A stretch of DNA of 64,000 nt. Origin: Chloroflexota bacterium. Its GTDB lineage: Bacteria > Chloroflexota > Dehalococcoidia > Lucifugimonadales > UBA3495. The stretch spans positions 2,095 to 66,094 of the forward strand of contig VXOH01000159.1 of NCBI GenBank assembly GCA_009840135.1, in the 5' to 3' direction. Numbering within the stretch: the stretch's first letter is position 1; each line of letters begins with the position of its first letter. Below are positions 17,651-24,843 of the stretch, piece by piece. The position numbers were made by a program, and so were the translations under genes. Under the pieces are notes generated by a model. That model did no database searches. It was not told the DNA's origin and saw only the letters and a list, made by a program, of their open reading frames with translations.

Positions 17651-18226
17651 TTATGTTTTGCTCGATTGGGGATTCAGTTCGTCTTGGGCCCATTCCAGGG
17701 GGTTGTTGACGATGTATTTTCTTATGGTATCAAGTTCGGTTTCGTTGCGAATGATGCGTTCGTAGTAATTGCGTTGCCAGACAGGTTGGCTTGGAGTGCC
17801 CCGCATCAGGTTGATCTGTTTGGTTGCGGCGGACTTGAAACCGGCGATTATGGAGCCAAGAGATTTTGGTGCTCGACTGATGCCTGTTGGGCGTTTGTGG
17901 GGTAGGGGCGCACGGCCGTGCGCCCCTACGTGGGCAGCACTGGCGCCTGCACCATTTCCCGTAATCACGATTATGCCGTGGATATGGTTGGGCATTACTT
18001 GAAACACATCCAACTCTATCTCTTGGCGTATCTGGGAGGTTCGGGTCCATTCTTCAAACACAGTCAGCCCGAAGCTGTTGAGGATCATTGTACCGTCCAC
18101 GATCTCACCAAACAGACACGTCCTATTCTGTGTGCAAATGGTAACGAAATAGGCCCCTGCCTGCGCGTAGTCATAATTCCTCAGGCGAATGGAACGGCGG
18201 CGGCGGTCGTTGCTGTGAATGTTCAT
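17651..18226 (-). CDS. REP-associated tyrosine transposase (RAYT, IS200/IS605-like Y1 HUH)
   Basis: HUH motif MPNHIHGII and catalytic-Tyr block WQRNYYERIIRN. The ORF stays open to GTG 18250. Contains a REP copy in frame. Confidence 0.75.
   Translation of the reverse strand: MNIHSNDRRRRSIRLRNYDYAQAGAYFVTICTQNRTCLFGEIVDGTMILNSFGLTVFEEWTRTSQIRQEIELDVFQVMPNHIHGIIVITGNGAGASAAHVGAHGRAPLPHKRPTGISRAPKSLGSIIAGFKSAATKQINLMRGTPSQPVWQRNYYERIIRNETELDTIRKYIVNNPLEWAQDELNPQSSKT
17902..17929. repeat. REP palindrome inside the RAYT ORF
   Basis: GTAGGGGCGCACGGCCGTGCGCCCCTAC, translated as VGAHGRAPLP in the RAYT frame. Confidence 0.85.
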
Positions 18227-18240
18227 ATTGGCTGGGGCCA

Positions 18241-18266
18241 GGGCAGACACGTAGGTCTGCCCCTAC
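18241..18266. repeat. REP-like palindrome (GCAGAC core) at the RAYT 5' end
   Basis: GGGCAGAC-ACGTAG-GTCTGCCC-CTAC. Confidence 0.6.
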
Positions 18267-18454
18267 CGATGGGTGTTTTCATTTACCAGCGTTGCATCTG
18301 TAGCAACGGCGCCTATATTCTAACCTTGCCTTACGGGTGGGACAATGTTTGGATGACACAGAGAATGATATATGGCATTCTATGGTAACGAATTGCGCCA
18401 CGCATTGATTGGTAAATATTCCAATAGCGGGTGCATGAGGACGGGAGCGTAACC

Positions 18455-18497
18455 ATGCCGTTAGATGACTTGGTCAAGGTAATCGAAACCCTCCAGC
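18455..18497 (+). pseudogene. 5' fragment (codons 1-14) of a transposon-disrupted restriction-endonuclease-like gene
   Basis: ATG 18455 behind GGGAG encodes MPLDDLVKVIETLQ, then runs into the transposon IR. Confidence 0.8.
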
Positions 18498-18522
18498 GGT
18501 TCCGTTGAGTTAGTGTTGGGTA

Positions 18523-19596
18523 GTGTATAATGCCCCTGTGGTATCTAGCAACTACATACAAGTTACCCGGCAAGCGGTTAGCTGTCCATATTGTGGCCAC
18601 TCCAAGATAGCGAAGTGGGGCAGCACGAAAGGCGGCAACCAGCGTTACCGGTGTTCCTCGAAAGAGTGCGGTCGGTCGTTCCTCGACACCGGGGCATTGA
18701 ACGGTTACCGGGTTCCCGCCGAGCAAATCGGTGCGGCAATCGGAATGTACTACCGGGGGATGTCCTACAAGCAAATCGGCGAGCAAATGGCCGACGCCTA
18801 CGATATGGACGAACCCGACAAGCGGGCAATTTATGAATGGGTGAGAGACCATTCGGAGGTTGCCGCCGAAGCAATGAAGGATTACCCGGCCCATACATCG
18901 GGCAAGTGGGTTGCCGACGAAATGCAGGTCAAGGTTGGCGGAGAGAACCTCTGGAACTGGAACGTAATGGACGCCGATACAAGGTACGTGCTGGCATCTC
19001 ACCTTTCCCCCAACCGAGACCAGATGGCAGCCGTTGCCGTGATGGAGAAGGCCGCCGCCGCCGCCGATGGGCCACCCAAGTCAATCACCACTGACAAGCT
19101 GCGCAGTTACGGGCCGGCCATTAAGAAAGTCTTTCCCCAAGCCGAGCATATCCAGTCCGAGGGACTGAAGGCCGAGATAAACAACAATATGTCGGAACGG
19201 CTGCAAGGAACCTTCCGGCAACGGGAAAAGACGTTGCGGGGTCTGGAAGGTCTGGAATCGGGGCAACGTTACCTTGACGGCTGGGTAGTCAATTACAATC
19301 TCTTCAAGGAACACGAAGGCGTTGATTACCAGACCCCGGCGGAAATGGCAAAGGTGAAGCCGCCCTTCACGGAATGGGCGGACGTGGTGAGAAATGCGCC
19401 GGCCTTGCAGGAAAGCAGGAAGGGCAAAGCGACTCCCTCGCTGGCCGATGTTGCCGACAAAGCGGCCCGGCCGAGCCCGGCTACCGCCCCAAAGACTACC
19501 TTTTTCATTCCCGATTCAACGGCCCGGCGCAGGCCGAAAGGCGAGAGGGAATCGGACGACCCGGACGACTTGCCTTTCTTATTCCGGCCCCGGTGA
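18523..19596 (+). CDS. DDE transposase, IS6/IS26-like with N-terminal zinc finger
   Basis: CPYCGH...RYRCSSKEC finger. DDE blocks ADEMQVKVGGENLWNWNVMDADTRYVL, SITTDKLRSYGPAI, NNNMSERLQG. Exact start uncertain (GTG 18523 or 18538). TTGAGT-15-TATAAT lies in or next to IRL. Confidence 0.7.
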   Translation: MYNAPVVSSNYIQVTRQAVSCPYCGHSKIAKWGSTKGGNQRYRCSSKECGRSFLDTGALNGYRVPAEQIGAAIGMYYRGMSYKQIGEQMADAYDMDEPDKRAIYEWVRDHSEVAAEAMKDYPAHTSGKWVADEMQVKVGGENLWNWNVMDADTRYVLASHLSPNRDQMAAVAVMEKAAAAADGPPKSITTDKLRSYGPAIKKVFPQAEHIQSEGLKAEINNNMSERLQGTFRQREKTLRGLEGLESGQRYLDGWVVNYNLFKEHEGVDYQTPAEMAKVKPPFTEWADVVRNAPALQESRKGKATPSLADVADKAARPSPATAPKTTFFIPDSTARRRPKGERESDDPDDLPFLFRPR

Positions 19597-19847
19597 GGGC
19601 ATTGCCAGTGGCTACCGAGCAACCAACCCCGGTCAAGGTCGCTGTGTCTTTCGACACTCCCCCGCCGGCCAAAGTATCGGGATTGTCGAAGCAAAGGCAA
19701 CGAGGCCCGGGGCTGGCAACTACAAAGACAAAGCCGGCCAAGCGGAAGGGCGGCAGACACCCGTTCTTTGGCCGGAAGGAAAGGCGATGATGTTGGCCAG
19801 CCTCGCTTTTTGCCTAATCCTTGTCGTGTTCCTGCTGGCCTTTTTCG

Positions 19848-20030
19848 TCAGCATACAAACAGCACGATTAAGGTCAACAGAACAAACACTCCGGCTGCTG
19901 ATATTCCAGCTCCGAAACTGCCAGTGCCAAACATTGCCCCATACCCCGCCACAGTCGCAGCAGATAAGGAACCGAGTATTACGATGGTTTTTGGAACCAA
20001 CCCGATAACGGTACAGAAGGCGTCAATCAC
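19848..20030 (-). CDS. small glycine-zipper membrane protein (tentative)
   Basis: GTG start overlaps the upstream stop (GTGA). Contains GYGAMFGTGSFGAGISAAG between hydrophobic segments. A competing + strand ORF from 19787 exists. Confidence 0.3.
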   Translation of the reverse strand: MIDAFCTVIGLVPKTIVILGSLSAATVAGYGAMFGTGSFGAGISAAGVFVLLTLIVLFVC

Positions 20031-20359
20031 GCCGTACCATTTTCATCATCGGTAGGTGGGTCTTGGTAGAGGTCAATGAGCAAAGCAATCCTGTCGAAAA
20101 CGCTGGTGTATGCCCTTCCTGCGGGGCCGCCCTCCATCCCGTCAATGAGCGCTTCCGGCAGCACGTTGAGAATATCCTGCGCCCGAACCCTCGCATTCTC
20201 GCTTTCATCCGCCGCAAGGAAGCGGAGCGCAAGAATAAGTTTGGCGATGATGTCCTCTAAAGCTACTTGCCGGGCTGCCCTCACATCTTGCCCGTCCGAT
20301 CCCCACAGTTCTTGGGTTTCGTAGTCATTATCAGGTTCCTGGTCATCTTCAAATGGCAT
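20027..20359 (-). CDS. acidic hypothetical protein (transposon cargo)
   Basis: Strong RBS GGGAGG 4 nt upstream of the ATG. Asp/Glu-rich termini (MPFEDDQEPDNDYETQE..., ...PPTDDENGTA). Confidence 0.6.
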   Translation of the reverse strand: MPFEDDQEPDNDYETQELWGSDGQDVRAARQVALEDIIAKLILALRFLAADESENARVRAQDILNVLPEALIDGMEGGPAGRAYTSVFDRIALLIDLYQDPPTDDENGTA

Positions 20360-20425
20360 AGTTCCTCCCTAATGTCCCCGCCGGTCTAGCTTCCACACTT
20401 TCGCCGGCGGGGATGTTCTTTGTTC

Positions 20426-21939
20426 CTATTGCCGCCTTCTCCTCCGCCGGCCCTCGGCCCGGCCCATCCTCAAGTTAGTGTCATCCTTCATCCAACCGTT
20501 GGCCCGGTTGTGTGTCTGTAGCCCTATCAGCGTGTACCTATCTCGCTTTTCCTTGTTGCACGGTGGGCAGAGCAGAGTAAGGTTTTCGTAAGCGTCAGTG
20601 CCGCCCTGGGAGCGGGGATTGATGTGGTCCACTTCCAATACCCTGGTATCAAACTGGTAGTTTGCCCCGCAACCCTGACAGAAAGGCCCAATGTCGGCCA
20701 GCAAGCGGTTATGGTGGGTTCGGGGCGGGGGAAGGCGCAAAGCGCGGCCCGTTGGAGTTCGGAGGGTCAGCGTGGCCGGCTCCCCGCCGTCTGTGCGCCG
20801 GGGTGGGCGAGTAAGGTAATGCACTTCGGGATTGGAGTCCACCAGCAATTGCCGGTTTTCCTGCATCCGGCGAATGACTTGACCATGCGCCCCGTCCCAA
20901 ATGTCCATGCCAACCCACTGCCGGCCCGAAAGCTCGGCGGCAACCGGGGTTGTGGCGCAACCACAGAACGGGTCTAAAACCAAGTCGCCGGGGTTGCTGC
21001 TGGCCTGAATGATTCTTTCGTAGAGGGGCAAGGGTTTCTGGGTGGGGTAGCCTGTATCCTCATTGCCTTTGGTCTCATTGATGTCGTCCCACAGTGTATT
21101 CCTAATCCGCCCCGCTTTTGGGCGGATTTTGCGCCACAACTTCCCGTCTTCCTCCACCAGCTCCCCGGCATTGTCCAGCTCCACCATTCGCTTCTGTCCA
21201 ACTTTCCAGCCTGAAGGATGGGGGGGGTGAATCCTCGGTATTCGTAGCACAAGTTAGGGCGTGGACTTGCGCTTGGCCGATTGTAGGCTAGGTCAAGGTA
21301 GTAAGGCCCGGTAGAGTCTTCGTGCCGAAAGGCCCGCATATAGTCGTGGGCGTAAGGTTCGAGTACACGGGTTTGGTCAAAGAATGAATCATCGGTCTTG
21401 CCGTAAAACAGCAGGGTATCGGTGTTGGAGTTGTACCGCCTTGCCTTGAATTGGGAACCTTTGAATCCCCGCCGGGTTCGTTTCCACACAATCGCATTTC
21501 GGAAGTTCTGCCGCCCAAAGATGGCGTCCAATAGGCACTTGCCCCACGCCCCTGCGGTATCATCCATGTGAAGGTAAATGCTGCCGTCCTCGGCAAGCAC
21601 CCGGTGCATTTCCAGCAGCCGGACACCCAGCCAACAAAGGTAGGCGGCCATATCATCACCATAAGCAGTCTTGGCAGCAGTAATGACCGCCCACACTTCC
21701 GGCTGGTCTCTCTGAATGGCAATCAGCCAATCATCGTGAACGTCCTCATCCCACCGCCAGCGGTCTTGAAACTGGGCGCCACTGGCCAGACTGTCCGGGG
21801 TAGCATGAAAATCCCGTCCTTTGTTGAAGGGCGGGTCGGTGGCAATTAGGTTGACCGTCCCGGAGTTCATTCCCCGGAGAAACTCAAGGTTGTCTCCGTG
21901 GTAAAGAGTGCGGTTATCGAAGTTGCGGGTTGGCGGCAA
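20426..21939 (-). CDS. beta-class N6A/N4C DNA methyltransferase fused to a C-terminal HNH nuclease, interrupted by a frameshift at a C8 tract
   Basis: ORF 21939-20974 carries motif IV (IATDPPFNKG). ORF 21250-20426 carries GYPTQKP, motif I (VLDPFCGCATT) and HNH (DHINPRSQGG...NLTLLCPPCNKEK). The frames switch at G8 (21220-21227). Confidence 0.75.
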
Positions 21940-21941
21940 AA

Positions 21942-21976
21942 TAGTCTCCCCAGTTCTGCTAAACTGGGGAGACTAT
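21942..21976. promoter_or_regulatory. perfect 15-bp-arm palindrome covering the methyltransferase RBS
   Basis: ATAGTCTCCCCAGTT-CTGCT-AACTGGGGAGACTAT. The minus-strand GGGGAG RBS and TTG start (21939) lie in or next to one arm. Confidence 0.45.
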
Positions 21977-22016
21977 AGCACAGGGGCCAACACTAACTCA
22001 ACGGAACCCCTCCAGC

Positions 22017-22930
22017 AGCGCATCCGCGACCACGGCGATTCCCTGCGCCAATACGAAGCTCGCACTCGCGTGGCCCTGATTGATCCATTGCTGACGGCGC
22101 TGGGATGGGACGTGGCGAACCCCGGGTTGGTTACTGCGGAGTACCAAGTCGGTGGTGGTAGAGCGGACTATGCGCTACTGTCTGATGATGGGAACCCTAA
22201 GGCTTTCGTTGAAGCCAAGCGCTTGGGTGAACCATTAGAGGCAATAAAGTATCAGGAGCAAGTGTTTACCTACGCATTGATCCAGCAGGTTAGATATGCG
22301 GGTTTGACTGATGGCAACTTGTGGGTTCTCGACAATGTTGCGGAATTTTCCGGCGGTGAGCGCCGCAAGCTGGAAGTTTCAATCGCTCTAGAACCAGCAT
22401 TTCAATGTGCTCTGAAGCTCTTGCTGCTTTGGCGGCCCAACCTTGCCTCGGGGAGGCCGGTGGAGGCAAATAAGCCGATTTTGTCCGATGGCCCTAGTTC
22501 GGAACTTGACAATGGTGGTGGCGCAACAGTTTGCCCTCCTCCCCCTCCACCCTCTGGAGATTGGAAACCTCTTGGCATACTACAGCATGTAACCGGTGGT
22601 CCCCAACCCACAGCAATTCGGTTCTCCGACGGTGAAGAGCGGGATACGTCCTATTGGTGGCACATCCTATTTTATACTGCAGAGTGGTTGGTGCAGAATG
22701 GCAAGCTCACACCTCAACATTGCCCAGTTAAATTGACTAATGGGCAGAGATATACTGTCAATCACCAGGCTGTCCACGCCGACGATAAGCCTTTCACTGC
22801 TCCCCGACCCTTGTCTAATGGCCTTTTCTGTGAAAGCAACTTCAACGCTGTTAACAACTTGACCCACACTAAGCGGCTGTTAGAGTATTTTGAAGAAGAC
22901 TTGGAAACAATCCTTCTCCGATTCAGTTAG
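22017..22930 (+). pseudogene. 3' part of the disrupted restriction-endonuclease-like gene (HSDR_N/Mrr-type PD-(D/E)xK N-domain plus unknown C-domain)
   Basis: QRIRDHGDSLRQYEARTRVALIDPLLTALGWDV...GGGRADYALL...AFVEAKRLG matches the type I R-subunit N-terminal nuclease pattern. In frame with the 18455 fragment once the element is removed. Confidence 0.7.
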
Positions 22931-22977
22931 AATTTCGTTGCAGCCCGAAAGAAGAGCCACCAGGAAACAAGAACAAC

Positions 22978-23331
22978 ATGGGAACTTTCAGCGTTGACGT
23001 GGAAATAGGCGACCCGGAGGGACGGGAATTCGTCGTTGTTAACGCGTTGGTGGACACTGGCGCCACCTATACCGCCTTGCCGGAGAGTTTGCTACAAGGG
23101 CTGGGAGTTCTGCCCCGTACCAGCCGCCGGTTCCGGCTGGCCGATGGGCGAGTCATGAGGCTACCGCTGGGGGCAACTGTCATGCGCCTGGCGGAAGAGG
23201 AAATGCCCGTACCGGTGATTTTTGCGCCGGAGGACGCTAGCCCCCTGCTGGGGGCCACGGCATTGGAAGCCTTCAGCCTTATGGCGGATCCCAATGAGGG
23301 CAGGCTGGTTCCCGTGGATGCGTTGCTGTAG
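22978..23331 (+). CDS. retropepsin-like aspartic protease (clan AA), paralog 1
   Basis: ALVDTGATYTALP active-site block and LLGATALEAF flap/dimer region. 117 aa. Confidence 0.7.
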   Translation: MGTFSVDVEIGDPEGREFVVVNALVDTGATYTALPESLLQGLGVLPRTSRRFRLADGRVMRLPLGATVMRLAEEEMPVPVIFAPEDASPLLGATALEAFSLMADPNEGRLVPVDALL

Positions 23332-23581
23332 GTTTTGGGAATCTCGTTCTATACGATACCCCATACCCTGTTCCCAAAGAAAGGCGTCTATGGCAAAGAG
23401 AAAAGGATATGGCCAGGCGCCGCCGAGGTCGCCCCGATTCCGCACCTCGTGCAAGCGATTCGCCCCCAACTGTTGCGCCCCGGAACGCTCCCAGATGAAC
23501 CGTTGGCACCGTCAAGCCAACAAACGCTTCTGCCGAGACTTCGACCACGAGTAAATCAGGCCCACAGGAAAAGGATTCAGA

Positions 23582-24712
23582 ATGAAAGTCTACTACTTCA
23601 GCGAATTTCCCTACCATGAATACCCTGATGAAGAGGGCGAGAAGTATCCCTCCCTGCGGCTGACCTTTCCCAATACTTACTTTGAGCCGGAAACCGCATC
23701 CGACCTGTTCAAGCGTTACTTTGACGAGTGCGTTTACGTGGACGAGATGGGGTTCGACGGCATAATGGTCAACGAGCACCACAACACGCCGTCGTGCATG
23801 AACGCCTCCTGCAACCTGTCCGCCGCCGTCCTGGCCCGCACTACCAAAAACGCGAAAATACTGTTGCTGGGCAACATTCTGCCCATCCACGACAACCCGG
23901 TGCGCCTGGCCGAGGAAATCGCCATGATTGACGTCATCTCCGGCGGGCGGGTTATTTCGGGCATGGTACGGGGGACCGGCGTGGAAACCCTGTCCACCAA
24001 CGGCAACCCCATGTACAACCGGGAGCGGTTCGAGGAGTGCCACGACCTGGTAATCAAGACCTGGACCGAGCCCGGTCCCTTCCGCTGGGAGGGCAAGCAC
24101 TACAACTTCCGGGTGGTCAACCCCTGGATGGTCCCCGTGCAGAAGCCCCACCCGCCGGTGTGGGTGCCCGGCACGGCCAGTCCGGAAACCGCCCAGTGGG
24201 CCGCCGAGCATGGCTATACCTACGTGGCCTTTCTGACGCCCCTGGACGTTACCGAGGACCTGTTCCAGATTTACCGTACTACCGCCGCCGAGAAGGGCTA
24301 CGAACCCACCCCCGACAATTTCGGCTACCTGCTGTGCTGCTACGTGGCGGACACCCAGGAGGAGGCCGACGAGCAGGCCCGCCACTTCATCTGGCGGATG
24401 GGCACCACCACCCGCGGTCCCCGCGAGTACATGAACCCGGTCGGCTACCGCTCCCAGCAGGGCGAGCAAGTGGCCGCCCGGCGGGCCATCCGCCCTCTCA
24501 TCCAGCAGAGCTACGAGGAACTGAACGAGAATTACCACATCGTGGCTGGCACTCCCGACACGGTGCTGGAGAAAATCCGGTACCTGTACGACCGCCTGGG
24601 CATGGACCACCTGATCTTCTACGGCCAGGAGTCGAAGATGTCCCACGATGCGACGATGAAGAACATCGGGCTGTTTGGCAAGGAAGTGCTGCCGGAAATA
24701 CAGAAGTGGTAG
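23582..24712 (+). CDS. LLM-class (luciferase-like) flavin-dependent oxidoreductase
   Basis: GFDGIMVNEHH, RLAEEIAMIDVISGGR and overall LLM colinearity. Confidence 0.8.
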   Translation: MKVYYFSEFPYHEYPDEEGEKYPSLRLTFPNTYFEPETASDLFKRYFDECVYVDEMGFDGIMVNEHHNTPSCMNASCNLSAAVLARTTKNAKILLLGNILPIHDNPVRLAEEIAMIDVISGGRVISGMVRGTGVETLSTNGNPMYNRERFEECHDLVIKTWTEPGPFRWEGKHYNFRVVNPWMVPVQKPHPPVWVPGTASPETAQWAAEHGYTYVAFLTPLDVTEDLFQIYRTTAAEKGYEPTPDNFGYLLCCYVADTQEEADEQARHFIWRMGTTTRGPREYMNPVGYRSQQGEQVAARRAIRPLIQQSYEELNENYHIVAGTPDTVLEKIRYLYDRLGMDHLIFYGQESKMSHDATMKNIGLFGKEVLPEIQKW

Positions 24713-24745
24713 GGAAGAACGCTGTCAACAGTTGAAGCAGTTGAA

Positions 24746-24766
24746 GGCCCGGGTATGCCCCGGGCC
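24746..24766. terminator. hairpin between convergent genes
   Basis: GGCCCGGG-TATGC-CCCGGGCC. Confidence 0.4.
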
Positions 24767-24843
24767 GATTTGTCCCTGAATTGTCCTGTGCGGAATGGGC
24801 CAGGATTTCCCCTACGCCCCTACATCTCTACACCCCTGCGTTC

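Larger units (their letters stand above)
18498..22008. mobile_element. IS6-like cargo transposon (3,511 bp)
   Basis: IRL GGTTCCGTTGAGTTAGTGTTGG (18498-18519). IRR is its exact reverse complement (21987-22008). 8-bp direct repeat CCTCCAGC at 18490-18497 and 22009-22016. Confidence 0.85.

Noticed and set aside
16032-17765. 577-aa ORF on the + strand
   Set aside because: It is fully antisense to acetyl-CoA synthetase, whose motifs are unambiguous. The composition (Gly/Ala/Val/His runs) is typical of shadow ORFs in high-GC DNA.
18331-19002. 223-aa - strand ORF
   Set aside because: Antisense to the IS6-like transposase, whose zinc finger and DDE blocks identify the + frame as coding.
19394-20008. 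204-aa + strand ORF, with an internal ATG at 19787 giving a 1-TM peptide
   Set aside because: The long form is Arg/Pro-rich read-through of the transposase 3' region in another frame. The short form (with a GGAAGGAAAGG RBS) cannot be excluded and competes with the - strand 19848-20030 ORF. It is left unresolved rather than called.
23279-24646. 455-aa ORF on the - strand
   Set aside because: Antisense shadow of the LLM oxidoreductase gene. No recognisable motifs.
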